DNA of 64,000 bases from Candidatus Magasanikiibacteriota bacterium (GCA_017991415.1 JAGOQR010000001.1:405992-469991); one strand, 5' to 3'; counted from the first letter of the stretch, positions 41,249 to 52,043 are shown. Notes: a model not told the origin generated them from the letters alone. Program-made: numbers and translations.

Positions 41249-42625
41249 CTACAGCGTTTGGTTTATTTTTGAGGCAGCCCGATTTAGAACTTCTTTTTTC
41301 CATTGCATTTCTTGTCCAACTTGCGGTGGTTCTAAAAGCCATTCATGAACCATATCTCCCATAGCTTTTACGGTGGTGTCGTAATCTTTTCCTTTATACC
41401 AACTATCTGCAATTAAAACCTGGGAGACAAATGGATAGAGCTCAGTATTATCTAATTGACCTGCAATATAGGCACGCAACGCTGATGGTCGAGCTGACTG
41501 ATCAAGATACTCTTTGGTCGCTTTGGAGTGAGCCAAAAAATTGAGTAGGCCCCATGCTTCGTTTTTATGTTTTGATTTATCAGTAACCGTTTGTACCCAA
41601 TAATTAGCAACATTAATTGGCTGCTCGGGATTAAGTTGTAGCATCGGTAAAACTGAAACATTAAGCTGCGGAGCACGAGCTTTAATTACTGGGTAGTGAT
41701 AGCTATACCCGAAAAAGAACGCAAGTGACCCGCTAATAAATTTATCAAGAGCAACACCTGCTTCTTCATTCCAAGCATAAGTATCACGAGCAGAATTGGC
41801 AAAATCCGTATAAAAATTCATTACAGATATAGCTGGGTTGATCGTTTCGTTATTATCTGAACCAAAACTAACTGCACCATTTTTATTTATAAAATTAACA
41901 CCGCTTTGCTTAAACAAAATATATAAAATATCTTCAAAACCAGCCACATTATTGCCTGTCCCCAAAGCTGTTCCTGATTGCAAAATCTTACCAGAGTTTT
42001 TTTCAAATTTGGTTAATTTTTTTACATGGGCAGAAAAATCATCCCAATTTTTTGGGGGTTCCGCAATGCCTGCTCTATCGAGCAAGTCCTTGTTATAAAA
42101 AAGAGCCATGTTTTCCAGAGAGAGAGGAAGACCATAAATTTTATCGTCAATAATGACATCATTTTTTACAGCTTGCACGTATTCTTTTTCAACTTGAGCT
42201 ACTGTTGGTAAATTTTGATTAGACCCTGTTACAATAGTTTTTGATCCGAGTGTCGTTTTCTCAGTACGCACCGTTGTATCAGAGACACTTGCTGGCATAG
42301 CAGACAATTTTGGCTTGTAGAAATTCATCCAACGATTGCGCACCGAGATAATATCTGGGCCACGGTCTTCGGCAAGAGCCTCTAGAAGTCGAGGGTATAT
42401 TTCATCTGCTCGAAGCTGTTTTAAATTAATGGTTAAATATGGCCTCTCAGATTTATATTTATCTATCTGCACTTGCAGCGCGTCGACATCATCAAAGACA
42501 GTCCAGAATTCTAAAGTCACTGGCTGAGTGGCTGTTACTTCTTCTTTTGACAAACCTTTACAACCTAAACCAGTTAGCGGTAGCAGAACCACTAACAAAA
42601 ATAAAATAAAAAAACTTTTTTTCAT
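41249..42625 (-). CDS. extracellular solute-binding lipoprotein (ABC-transporter SBP family 1), orphan
   Basis: Lipoprotein signal MKKSFFILFLLVVLLPLTGLGC; SBP_bac_1-like length and composition; no permease or ATPase adjacent. Confidence 0.65.
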   Translation of the reverse strand: MKKSFFILFLLVVLLPLTGLGCKGLSKEEVTATQPVTLEFWTVFDDVDALQVQIDKYKSERPYLTINLKQLRADEIYPRLLEALAEDRGPDIISVRNRWMNFYKPKLSAMPASVSDTTVRTEKTTLGSKTIVTGSNQNLPTVAQVEKEYVQAVKNDVIIDDKIYGLPLSLENMALFYNKDLLDRAGIAEPPKNWDDFSAHVKKLTKFEKNSGKILQSGTALGTGNNVAGFEDILYILFKQSGVNFINKNGAVSFGSDNNETINPAISVMNFYTDFANSARDTYAWNEEAGVALDKFISGSLAFFFGYSYHYPVIKARAPQLNVSVLPMLQLNPEQPINVANYWVQTVTDKSKHKNEAWGLLNFLAHSKATKEYLDQSARPSALRAYIAGQLDNTELYPFVSQVLIADSWYKGKDYDTTVKAMGDMVHEWLLEPPQVGQEMQWKKEVLNRAASKINQTL

Positions 42626-42671
42626 ATTTTTACCCCATTATCTATCTTCAGATTACTCTACTCAAAAATAA

Positions 42672-43538
42672 TTATACCACACTCTTTAAATAATCTCTAA
42701 AATCTTTGGATAAATTTTTATCACGCAGGGCAAAATCTACATTGGCTTTTAAGTACCCAAGTTTAGAACCAGTATCATAATAAGTACCATCAACTAAACA
42801 GGCGTAATATGGACGTTTTTTTAATACTTTGGTATGAGCATCGGCAAGCCATAGCTCTCCATCTTTGCCTAACTTTGTTTTTTCCAACGCTTCAAAAATA
42901 TCTGGAGTCAAAATAAAACCACCTAACATCGCCAAGGTAGAGGGCGCTTTTTCTGGACCTGGTTTTTCGACAATATTTTTTATTTGATATACATTTTTTT
43001 CTACTCCAACTGCATCAAGAATGCCATATTTTTTTGTATCTTCTTTGCTTACATTGCAGGCTGTTACTACAGGATCGCCATATTTTTCGTAGACTTCAAT
43101 TAGCTGCTGCAGTTGTGGTTTTTTAGGAGTATAAAAAAACTCATCTCCCCACATTACCGCAAAGGGTTCGTCGCCAACAATACTTTTGGCGCATAAAACT
43201 GGCGTGCCATTTCCGTAAGGGCCTTTTTGGCGAATGAAAACAAAATTTGCCATATCGGCAATCTTTTTAACCTCTTCGGCAATATCTTCTTTACCCTGCT
43301 TTTTAAGCATGTTAACAAGTTCGTAGTTGGGGCTAAAATGATCCTCAACAGCTCGCTTACTAGGACCCGTAACTAAAATAATATCCGTAATACCAGATTT
43401 TACTGCATCCTCGACAACATACTGAATAATCGGCTTATCTACCACAGGAAGCATTTCTTTAGGCTGAGCTTTTGTAGCAGGCAAAAACCGAGTACCAAGA
43501 CCAGCGACCGGTATCACTAATTTACGAATTTTGGACAT
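42672..43538 (-). CDS. galU: UTP--glucose-1-phosphate uridylyltransferase
   Basis: KLVIPVAGLGTRFLPATKAQPKEMLPVVDKPIIQYVVEDA signature; ATG at 43538 (the track start is TTG). Confidence 0.85.
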   Translation of the reverse strand: MSKIRKLVIPVAGLGTRFLPATKAQPKEMLPVVDKPIIQYVVEDAVKSGITDIILVTGPSKRAVEDHFSPNYELVNMLKKQGKEDIAEEVKKIADMANFVFIRQKGPYGNGTPVLCAKSIVGDEPFAVMWGDEFFYTPKKPQLQQLIEVYEKYGDPVVTACNVSKEDTKKYGILDAVGVEKNVYQIKNIVEKPGPEKAPSTLAMLGGFILTPDIFEALEKTKLGKDGELWLADAHTKVLKKRPYYACLVDGTYYDTGSKLGYLKANVDFALRDKNLSKDFRDYLKSVV

Positions 43539-43610
43539 ACACAATAACAATTAATTACAATGACTATATATATAAATTATAACAAGCCTATATTGTATTT
43601 GCAATTCTCG

Positions 43611-45035
43611 CTATTTTACTACCTCCCAACTTAACAAGTTGTACTCTGACCCAACAGGAAAGCCAGGTGGCGGACCATAGGTAAGATTATTGTCATAAGT
43701 ATACGATTGGGTTGGATAACCTGATACCACTGTACTTCCTGACAACCACGAAACACCCCCGACTTTATATAAAATTCTTGAACCATACACATTGAGAGTT
43801 GTTTTTACAGGCCCACCAAATGACGAGTAATTATACCTTTTAAATGTTCCGTTCTGAGAAAGTAACGCCGCATCTATATTTAAAGTATTAGGACTACTAT
43901 ACGGAAGAAAAATATTTTGATCAGCAATAAGCCCTAAGGTATTAGTACCATCTTTAGCTAAATATGTTAAATCACCGTGAATCACCATGAATTTTCCAGC
44001 TCCTCCCCCTACTGTCACCCTACCTTTTAAAATACCATAAACCCACACATTATCTTCAACAAAAACATAGCTGCTGGTAGGAATGGGGTACGTTGTAACC
44101 GCACCGAAGGTTGCCGCATCAAGACAAGGTGCTGGACTAACCGTAAAAGCTACGCCAGTATCAGGGTTCACATCTCTTGCTGAGCGAGTAGTGCAAGTTA
44201 AAACTTTAGAAACTCTAACAGTCCCATCATTTACAAATTGCAGCCGCCACCCCAAATTACCTGACGATGATAAATAAGGCCAATTTCCACCCCCTTCAGC
44301 TAATGCTGAAGATCTTATCTCAGCCAATTTTGCAGTTACAGCGGTAAAATCTTTGGCGGGCACTGGATATTGCCAGTACCCAACAGGACCACCCCCACCC
44401 CAAACGCCCTGCTTATTAGGAATAGAGCTCCCACAATGAATAGTAGGGCATGTATAGGTGGCCATAGCACTCATAATAGGCGCATTCGCTGTACCTTCAA
44501 ATCTGATACCGCCATTTGCTTGAACTTTCCCAGTTGAAGGTCCTGTAAGATACAAGTTTGCGTTTTGCAAAACTGCAAAGTCTGCGAGTGACGGAAATCC
44601 TACTCGCGCTTTAATAACACGCGTACTATTTGGCTGATTATTAAGCGAGCCAGTTGACTCAATCGTAACAACCGTTGAGCCCGTAGAAGGTGGTGTTATA
44701 ACTAAAGAAAACTGCCCAATGACATTTCCATCTTTATTTTTATATTCATGTACATACGGCCCAGGCGTACTCGTACCATTGCCGTCGTAATAATCTGTTT
44801 TGTCGTGTGCTAAATGCCAACGATAATAATTTATACCAGCGTCTGCAATTTGCAAGGCCATTTCAGTATTGTGTTTTTTATTAGAAGCAGAATTTTCTGA
44901 GACTGCATAGCCTGTTAGGGCTGTAACAATTACAGTGAAACTAATCGTACCAAAAATCATAACAACCAAAAGAATATTCCCATGTCTATTTTGAAAAAAT
45001 AATTTAGTCAAACTTTTAATACGATCTAACAACAT
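43611..45035 (-). CDS. PilX-N-domain-like pilus-associated protein (474 aa)
   Basis: N-terminal TM ...GNILLVVMIFGTISFTVIVTAL... then TEMALQIADAGINYY (PilX_N-like); a G/T/S-rich beta-rich remainder. Confidence 0.45.
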   Translation of the reverse strand: MLLDRIKSLTKLFFQNRHGNILLVVMIFGTISFTVIVTALTGYAVSENSASNKKHNTEMALQIADAGINYYRWHLAHDKTDYYDGNGTSTPGPYVHEYKNKDGNVIGQFSLVITPPSTGSTVVTIESTGSLNNQPNSTRVIKARVGFPSLADFAVLQNANLYLTGPSTGKVQANGGIRFEGTANAPIMSAMATYTCPTIHCGSSIPNKQGVWGGGGPVGYWQYPVPAKDFTAVTAKLAEIRSSALAEGGGNWPYLSSSGNLGWRLQFVNDGTVRVSKVLTCTTRSARDVNPDTGVAFTVSPAPCLDAATFGAVTTYPIPTSSYVFVEDNVWVYGILKGRVTVGGGAGKFMVIHGDLTYLAKDGTNTLGLIADQNIFLPYSSPNTLNIDAALLSQNGTFKRYNYSSFGGPVKTTLNVYGSRILYKVGGVSWLSGSTVVSGYPTQSYTYDNNLTYGPPPGFPVGSEYNLLSWEVVK

Positions 45036-45083
45036 ACTTTTAAAGTGGGTTAAATGCTGGACACAGAACCATTTTTTAAAAAA

Positions 45084-45701
45084 TTAATTATCCTTAAGAT
45101 TTCGCAACATAACCTTTGATTCAATATAAAATGGTACTGGCGAAGCATTTGGATCCTCCTCTAAAACCAACGAAACACCAACTACTCTAATCTGGGTCAC
45201 AGTAACTGGACTAGAAAGCGGAGACTCAGCTCCCGTATAAGTACTATCGTAATAAAGAAACGGAGGGGTGGAAGTGATCAGGTCGTGAGCTACGTCAACC
45301 ACTACCTCGTTAGCTGAGCTATACACAAGTGGATTACCCGTTGGTTTTATTACTCCTTTTTTTAAAGTTCTGCCTGATAAAAAATACCGCACCCTCTCTA
45401 CTAAATTATCTGTATCAAGATTGCTATAAAAAACTATTGCCGTACTTGAAGCCGATTCAATTGGATAAGCACCAATACTAGAAATCGAAGCAATTCGGAG
45501 TTCGTTTACAAAATCTCTAGTGACCTTACGTCCTTCATTTTGAGTTTTTAATTGTTCCCAAACTATTTTATTATATTTCCAACTGGTCAAAAAAAGAGAG
45601 GTTATTCCTACTACCAAAAAAGAAAATATACCTATAGATACAAGAACTTCTACCAGAGTAATGCCGTGATTATTATTTTTTAAGTCTTTCAAAAAAAACA
45701 T
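45084..45701 (-). CDS. type IV pilin-like protein (prepilin-type N-terminal cleavage/methylation domain)
   Basis: NHGITLVEVLVSIGIFSFLVVG class III signal with E+5; ATG at 45701. Confidence 0.6.
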   Translation of the reverse strand: MFFLKDLKNNNHGITLVEVLVSIGIFSFLVVGITSLFLTSWKYNKIVWEQLKTQNEGRKVTRDFVNELRIASISSIGAYPIESASSTAIVFYSNLDTDNLVERVRYFLSGRTLKKGVIKPTGNPLVYSSANEVVVDVAHDLITSTPPFLYYDSTYTGAESPLSSPVTVTQIRVVGVSLVLEEDPNASPVPFYIESKVMLRNLKDN

Positions 45702-45709
45702 ATTCAAAT

Positions 45710-47500
45710 TTATGGAGACATTTCAACTACAACTTCTCCTCTACCAGCTACATCTACCACTTCACTACTAGCAGTATACCCGGAATGAGAAACATTTAAA
45801 GTATATGTTGTAGCCGACAAACCAGTAAATAATTCTTGCCCGGGCGGGATGCAACTCGTAATATACGTAAAGGCGATTTCAGAAAGAGTGGGTGTAAAAG
45901 AAGTGTCGTCGGTATTTAAATATGCTTTATATCTCAAATACCTTTTCCCATTATGCCCGCTCCAAATAAGGGTACTAGTGGAGGTGTAATAGGTGCTGGA
46001 AGCACCATCTGGCCCATAAAAGTCCCACTGGCTAGGGGTGCTAGAATTGCTTGAAGCTAACTGAAACATGATAGGATTGACACCAGCCTCTGGCGGCTGC
46101 GAAAGAGGAGAGAAAATAATATTATTAAAGTTTGCTTCTACCCCCAAATCTATGGTCGAAGACTCTAGCCAACCACTATTTAAATACGTACTACCAATTT
46201 TTCTTAACTTAAAATCTCCGTCTGGTGAATTATTTTCAACATTACCATTATCATTAAAATATTTTGTAGTATTAGAATACTCAACTTGACCGCCGCCACC
46301 ACTCCAATCTGTCTGGCGCACAAAACCATAACCGGTTATCCTAGTTTCATCATAACCGCTGGCTGTAAGACTCACTGTAGCGTCAGAAAGAGGTAGTCCA
46401 GTGCCAGCATCTTTAACTTTAACTAACAACGAATGAGCTGAATAAGGAGCTAATATAACAGAAACGTCTTGCGTTAAACCGGGTGTTAAATCTATCGGCA
46501 ACATCGGCGTTGAACCACCAACAAGATAAGTGGTACCGGAAACAGAAATATGATACTTATCCCATTCAAAATTCGCAAAAGTATAATTGCCACTACTGTT
46601 AGCGTTTAAATTTCTATTATACTTATAGACATCTGGGCTTATGCCGATCTTTTTTTCACCGTAAATATTAAAGGGCGTATTCGCGACAGCAGAGCAAGCA
46701 GGGGTAAGAAAATGCAGATCCATATTACTTAACCGATCAATAGAAAAACTAATATCGGTTACAGTTTGGCTGGTTACATTAGCGGGCGGTTTTACTGGGG
46801 TAGATACCTCAGCCCCTACAGGCACTGTGTAATCTGCAGAGTATCCAGCCTTACTCACATTAATACTATAACTAAGAGTACCCGTAGGGGTATCTATAAT
46901 CCGTAAATAACCGTCATTATCCGTGACATCATTTATGACCAAAGCTGGTGTTTGTGCAGTACTGGTAATTGAAATATTTGCGCCTGAAACTGGCAGGCCA
47001 TTGGAATCAAAAACTTGAATAAAAAGCGCCCCGTTTTGAGTAGCACCTTCTAGCTGTTTTGGAGACACAATAGTACTTAGGGTTATTGGTTTTTGTTGAG
47101 AACACTGGTTACAAATAACAGACATCTCTACTAATTTAAAATCGGCAGGAGAAGTATCGTTGGGAGTACCGCCGAGAGTGCCGTCAAAAGGATCGTCTAT
47201 ATTTCTTATCGTAGTAATAATAATAAAAGTTTGGCCATTGCGCACTGTCGTGGTGGAATAAGGTAAAATTCCACTCGGAATACCATTCACAATCCCAACA
47301 CTATCATAAGGCAAATTACGTACTACCTCCAAACGCTCAGCTAAAAGAGCTGTTTGCAAAATAGACATACGTGATTGATATACCACCTTGAAAATTAAGT
47401 TAATACCACTATAAACCCCCAAGGCAAATAATAAAAAAATGGCGCTGGCTATCAAAATTTCCAGGAGTGAAAAACCTTTTTGGTTTAATTTGGATTTCAT
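45710..47500 (-). CDS. large type IV pilin-like protein (596 aa) with Ig/CarboxypepD_reg-like beta domains
   Basis: QKGFSLLEILIASAIFLLFALGVY prepilin motif; repeated beta-sandwich-like segments. Confidence 0.6.
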   Translation of the reverse strand: MKSKLNQKGFSLLEILIASAIFLLFALGVYSGINLIFKVVYQSRMSILQTALLAERLEVVRNLPYDSVGIVNGIPSGILPYSTTTVRNGQTFIIITTIRNIDDPFDGTLGGTPNDTSPADFKLVEMSVICNQCSQQKPITLSTIVSPKQLEGATQNGALFIQVFDSNGLPVSGANISITSTAQTPALVINDVTDNDGYLRIIDTPTGTLSYSINVSKAGYSADYTVPVGAEVSTPVKPPANVTSQTVTDISFSIDRLSNMDLHFLTPACSAVANTPFNIYGEKKIGISPDVYKYNRNLNANSSGNYTFANFEWDKYHISVSGTTYLVGGSTPMLPIDLTPGLTQDVSVILAPYSAHSLLVKVKDAGTGLPLSDATVSLTASGYDETRITGYGFVRQTDWSGGGGQVEYSNTTKYFNDNGNVENNSPDGDFKLRKIGSTYLNSGWLESSTIDLGVEANFNNIIFSPLSQPPEAGVNPIMFQLASSNSSTPSQWDFYGPDGASSTYYTSTSTLIWSGHNGKRYLRYKAYLNTDDTSFTPTLSEIAFTYITSCIPPGQELFTGLSATTYTLNVSHSGYTASSEVVDVAGRGEVVVEMSP

Positions 47501-47566
47501 TTTTATATTATAGCATAAATGTATAATAAAAAATAATCCAAATTTAATTTGGATTATTTTAAATAT

Positions 47567-47650
47567 GGTGCCCTAGGCGGGAATCGAACCCGCATGCCTT
47601 TCGGCGAGGGATTTTAAGTCCCTTGTGTCTACCAATTTCACCACCAGGGC
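47567..47650 (-). tRNA. tRNA-Leu (anticodon UAA), CCA encoded
   Basis: GCCCTGG acceptor, AAATTGGTAGA D-loop, anticodon loop CUUAAAA, long variable arm, T-loop TTCGATT, 3' ACCA. Confidence 0.85.
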
Positions 47651-47770
47651 ATTAGCAAACAACCTTTTCCCTTACTTCATTACAATTACAAAAAAATATT
47701 ACCACTATTAAAATAAATAATCAACCCCATACCACCTGCCTTGCCAAACCGTTCAAACAGTGGACGAAAT

Positions 47771-48325
47771 TTAAACTATGATTTCTTCTGCCCCATCTTG
47801 AGCATTAATATACCGAGCTGCCGCAAATAAAAAGTCGCTGAGACGATTGAGATATACAGTTAATTCAGAACGAACGGGAACGGTAGTAGCAAAACCAACT
47901 AACTGCCTCTCTACCCTACGACATACTGTCCGAGCTCTATGAAGTTCTGCTCCAGACAAACTACCCCCTGGTAAAATAAAATTTCGTAATTCTGGCAACG
48001 ATGCCCAAAAAGCATCAATAAAAACTTCCATTTCTTGTACCCTACTACCATCTATCTTTTGAACACTCCCTTCAAGAGGCCCTTGCAAAGCCGCCAGCTC
48101 CGCACCTACCTTAAAAAGGTCCCGTTGAATATGCTGAATAAATTCTAAAAAAGATTTCGTATCATTTTTAGAATTTTGCCTAAGCGTTGCCACTACAACA
48201 CCAAGCGCAGCGTTGAGCTCGTCTACCTCTCCTATCACCTGCATCTCTACACAACTTTTGCTTACTCGTTTACCACCAAGCAAAGAAGTTTCTCCTGCAT
48301 CTCCCGTTTTTGTATATATTTTCAT
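47771..48325 (-). CDS. PduO-type ATP:cob(I)alamin adenosyltransferase
   Basis: MKIYTKTGDAGETSLLGG N-terminus characteristic of PduO/MMAB-type ATR. Confidence 0.8.
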   Translation of the reverse strand: MKIYTKTGDAGETSLLGGKRVSKSCVEMQVIGEVDELNAALGVVVATLRQNSKNDTKSFLEFIQHIQRDLFKVGAELAALQGPLEGSVQKIDGSRVQEMEVFIDAFWASLPELRNFILPGGSLSGAELHRARTVCRRVERQLVGFATTVPVRSELTVYLNRLSDFLFAAARYINAQDGAEEIIV

Positions 48326-48410
48326 ACAAATTATTATAAAATATTTACTATTTGCATCTAAATTTTACTGATTACAGATTATATTTTATCATAATTAATA
48401 AATTGCCAAA

Positions 48411-48455
48411 AATACAACTCGCCCCGACGGGCATGGGGGGCGAGTTGTATTTAAA
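48411..48455. terminator. strong rho-independent terminator downstream of nrdJ (aaaatacaactcgcccc-gacgggcat-ggggggcgagttgtattt)
   Basis: ~17-bp GC-rich stem with flanking A/T runs. Confidence 0.75.
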
Positions 48456-48475
48456 TCGATAGTGTAGCTAGCTTC

Positions 48476-51400
48476 TTAAGAACAACCGGTAGTACTACCA
48501 CAGTTCAAACATTTATAGCAGGCACCGTTGCGAATAGTGATATGACCACAAGTGCCGCATGGCGGTGCATCTCCCATCATTCCAGATAATTGCTTTCCTA
48601 TAGCATCAACACTCGCATCTTGGCTAACTTCTTCTTTTGGCATACTTGGCAATGTTGCTTGAGCAACAAAACTGTTCTCTACTTTTTTTTCTACAAGAGG
48701 CATAGCATGTTGCCCGCTTAATTTTTCTGCAATCTGCTCCATCTGTTGAGCTTTATTTTTTTGGATTCCCGTTGGTTTGACTTGAACAAAATCGGTACGA
48801 CCTAAGTATTCCATACCAAGCACTCGGAAAACAAAGTCAATAATTGAAGTGCAGAACTTTATATTTGGATGATCGGTAATACCACTTGGTTCAAAGCGGG
48901 TAAAGGTAAACTTGTCTACATATTCTTCGAGTGGCACACCGTACTGCAAACCAGTTGAGATAGAAATAGCAAATAAATTGAGCATACTGCGGAAGGCTGC
49001 TCCTTCTTTGTGCATATCAATGAATATTTCACCCAATCTTCCATCTGGATATTCGCCCGTGCGTAAGAATAATGACTGTCCAGCAATTTTGGTTTTAATG
49101 GTTATACCTGTTCGTTTATACGGCATTTTTCTTTGTTCACCATGCACATAAATACGATTGCCTTGAATACTGCCATCGTGGTTATACTTAATAAGCGCTT
49201 GTGCATCTGCCACCATCTGGTTGATGACTGACTCATTCTGGCTTGAGAGGCTATATGTTTTGCGCACTTCTTCTTTGACAGAAATTTTTACTTCTTCTAC
49301 AGATTCGGCAGAGATTTTTGTATCTTCTACGACCACTGTTTTGCTTTCGGTTGTTTCTTCAGTTTTTTTCTTATCAGATTTTGCAGACAATGGTTGAGAC
49401 ATTTTGGAACCATCGCGATAGAGAGCCATGGCCTTTAGGCCCAATTTCCAAGAAGCAACATAAGCTGTCTTTACATCATCAAGAGTTGCTTCGTGCGGCA
49501 TGTTTATAGTCTTGGAAATAGCGCCAGACAAGAATGGCTGTACTGCGGCCATCATACGAATGTGGCCCAAGAAATGAATATAACGCTGGCCTTTTTTACC
49601 ATTTTTATTGGCTGTATCAAAGACAGCATAATGCTCTTTACGTAAATGTGGAGCACCTTCTATAGTCATCGCACCACAAACAAATTCGTTGGCTGTAGCA
49701 ACCTGTTCGGCTGTAAATCCAAGAGCAGACAACACATTAAAGTTTGGATCATTGTATTGTTCGCTAGAAAAGCCTAAACGTTTTAAGCAATCTTCTCCCA
49801 AAGTCCAAACATTAAAAGCGAAAGCTAGTTCAAATACTCCAAGTAAAGATTTTTCTATTTTTTCCAACTCGATTGCAGTGAGCCCCTTTTCTTTTAAGGT
49901 TACATGATTAATATGTGGAGCATTTTTGAGTGTAGCATGACCACGTAAATAATTAATAATGTCATTTACCTGATTCTCCGAATAGCCCAAAACATGCAAG
50001 GCAACAGGGACAGATTCATTAACTATTTTAAAGTATCCACCACCAGCTAATTTTTTAAATTTTACCAAGGCAAAATCTGGCTCAACACCAGTGGTAGCAC
50101 AGTCCATCAATAAACCGATAGTTCCTGTAGGCGCTAACAATGTTGTTTGCGCATTTCTATATCCATACTTTTCACCCATTTCTATAGCTTTGTTCCAACT
50201 CTCACGAGCGGCAACAAGCAAATAAGCAGGTACGTGCTCTGGATTAATTCCCATAGGTTTGATTGCCAAACTTTCATATTCTTCATGAGGAGCATCAAAC
50301 GCAGCTCGTCTATGGTTGCGCATAACACGCAACATATCTTCTCGGTTTATATCAAACCCTGTAAAAGTTCCCAAAAATTTGGCCATTTCTGCAGAGGTAG
50401 CATACGATTCGGCAGTCAAAATCGCAGTAATGGAAGCAGCAAAAGCCATTGCCTCTGGTGAATCGTAAGGGATACCAGCTGTCATAAGGACACTACCAAT
50501 ATTGGCATAACCCAAACCTAGAGTACGGAAGTAATAGCTATTTTGCGCAATTTCTTTGCTTGGAAATTGAGCCATCAAAATACTAATTTCTAAAACTACA
50601 GTCCAAATTCTTGTCGTATAGGCAAAGGCATCGATATCAAAACTAAAGGTATCAGTATTGTAATAATGAGCAAGATTAATAGAAGCTAAATTACAAGCAG
50701 TGTCGTCTAAGAACATGTACTCACTGCAAGGATTAGAAGCATTGATACGTCCAGATTTTGGACTAGTGTGCCAATCGTTAATAGTAGTATCAAATTGAAG
50801 ACCCGGATCTGCACAAGCCCAAGCAGCACTAGCAATTTTGTCCCACAGCTGACGAGCTGGCACAGTCTTGATTATTTTTTTATTAATACGACCAAGTAAA
50901 TTCCAATCAGCTTCATTTTCTAAAGCTTCCAAAAATTCCTGGGTAACACGTACGGAGTTGTTGGAATTTTGTCCAGAGACTGTCTGATAAGCTTCTCCCT
51001 CGTATGCAGCGTCGTATCCGCCTGCAATAAGAGCTGCTACTTTTCTTTCTTCTTTTACTTTCCAATCTATAAATTCTTCTATATCTGGATGATCAATGTT
51101 GAGCACTACCATTTTGGCTGCTCTACGAGTGGTACCACCAGATTTGATTGCACCGGCAGCTCTGTCACCAATTTTTAGAAAACTCATTAAGCCAGAAGAA
51201 CTACCGCCACCAGAAAGTTTTTCTCCACTTCCACGTAAATTAGAAAAGTTAGTGCCAGTTCCACTGCCATATTTAAATAATCTAGCCTCACGAATCCACA
51301 AATCCATAATACCGCCTTCATTTACCAAGTCATCTTTTACAGCTTGAATAAAACAAGCATGTGGCTGAGGATGGGTATAAGAATCAGTAGAGGCCGTAAG

Positions 51401-51967
51401 TACACCACTATCTGGATCAACATAATAATGACCTTGGGCTGGACCATTGATACCATAAGCCCAATACAAACCGGTATTAAACCATTGTGGAGAGTTTGGA
51501 GCCACACGCTGAGAAATAAGCATGAAAACGAGTTCGTCATAAAACACGGCTGCGTCTTGTGGTGTAGCAAAATAGCCATATTTTTCCCCCCAATAACGCC
51601 AAGTGCCCGCCAAACGATGAGCTACCTGCTTCATGCTGTGCTCTGGACCAAGCACAGGCTTTCCTGCGGCGTCCATCATTGCCTTACCTTGAGCATCGTA
51701 TTGTGGCACACCAGCTTTACGGAAATATTTCTGAGCCAAAATATCGGTAGCTACCTGAGTCCAAGTATTTGGCACCTCTACTTCATTCATTTCAAACACC
51801 ATCTTGCCATTTGGTTCTCGGATAACAGAAGAGCGTAGTTCGTAGGTGAACATGTCATATGGACTAACGCCATCTTTGGTAAAAAGACGAGGAAAACGCA
51901 GACCTTCTGGAGAATATTTAAAATCATTATCCAAGACAAATGTTTTAGTCGCCAAGGCGTTTTGCAT
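48476..51967 (-). CDS. nrdJ: adenosylcobalamin-dependent (class II) ribonucleotide reductase, long form with C-terminal Zn ribbon
   Basis: Active-site motif NPCSEYMFLDDTACNLASINL, a glycine-rich loop SGGGSSSGLMSF, 1163 aa, C-terminal CGTCGH...CYKCLNCG. Confidence 0.85.
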   Translation of the reverse strand: MQNALATKTFVLDNDFKYSPEGLRFPRLFTKDGVSPYDMFTYELRSSVIREPNGKMVFEMNEVEVPNTWTQVATDILAQKYFRKAGVPQYDAQGKAMMDAAGKPVLGPEHSMKQVAHRLAGTWRYWGEKYGYFATPQDAAVFYDELVFMLISQRVAPNSPQWFNTGLYWAYGINGPAQGHYYVDPDSGVLTASTDSYTHPQPHACFIQAVKDDLVNEGGIMDLWIREARLFKYGSGTGTNFSNLRGSGEKLSGGGSSSGLMSFLKIGDRAAGAIKSGGTTRRAAKMVVLNIDHPDIEEFIDWKVKEERKVAALIAGGYDAAYEGEAYQTVSGQNSNNSVRVTQEFLEALENEADWNLLGRINKKIIKTVPARQLWDKIASAAWACADPGLQFDTTINDWHTSPKSGRINASNPCSEYMFLDDTACNLASINLAHYYNTDTFSFDIDAFAYTTRIWTVVLEISILMAQFPSKEIAQNSYYFRTLGLGYANIGSVLMTAGIPYDSPEAMAFAASITAILTAESYATSAEMAKFLGTFTGFDINREDMLRVMRNHRRAAFDAPHEEYESLAIKPMGINPEHVPAYLLVAARESWNKAIEMGEKYGYRNAQTTLLAPTGTIGLLMDCATTGVEPDFALVKFKKLAGGGYFKIVNESVPVALHVLGYSENQVNDIINYLRGHATLKNAPHINHVTLKEKGLTAIELEKIEKSLLGVFELAFAFNVWTLGEDCLKRLGFSSEQYNDPNFNVLSALGFTAEQVATANEFVCGAMTIEGAPHLRKEHYAVFDTANKNGKKGQRYIHFLGHIRMMAAVQPFLSGAISKTINMPHEATLDDVKTAYVASWKLGLKAMALYRDGSKMSQPLSAKSDKKKTEETTESKTVVVEDTKISAESVEEVKISVKEEVRKTYSLSSQNESVINQMVADAQALIKYNHDGSIQGNRIYVHGEQRKMPYKRTGITIKTKIAGQSLFLRTGEYPDGRLGEIFIDMHKEGAAFRSMLNLFAISISTGLQYGVPLEEYVDKFTFTRFEPSGITDHPNIKFCTSIIDFVFRVLGMEYLGRTDFVQVKPTGIQKNKAQQMEQIAEKLSGQHAMPLVEKKVENSFVAQATLPSMPKEEVSQDASVDAIGKQLSGMMGDAPPCGTCGHITIRNGACYKCLNCGSTTGCS

Positions 51968-52029
51968 ACAAAATTGATTATATTTGGTTTAAGTCCCTTT
52001 ACTACTTATTGTAGTACAAATTATTTCTG

Positions 52030-52043
52030 ACCACAATATATAG
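52030..52043. promoter_or_regulatory. NrdR-box-like palindrome CCACAATATATAGT upstream of nrdJ
   Basis: 10/12 palindromic match to the NrdR operator consensus acaCwAtATaTwGtgt, ~65 bp upstream of the nrdJ start; a second palindrome TACTACttattGTAGTA lies at 51999..52016. Confidence 0.3.

Noticed and set aside
48476-51967. Intein in the unusually long NrdJ
   Set aside because: No Cys/Ser-initiated splicing block or terminal HN motif flanking an insertion could be identified by eye; the extra length looks like N/C-terminal extensions
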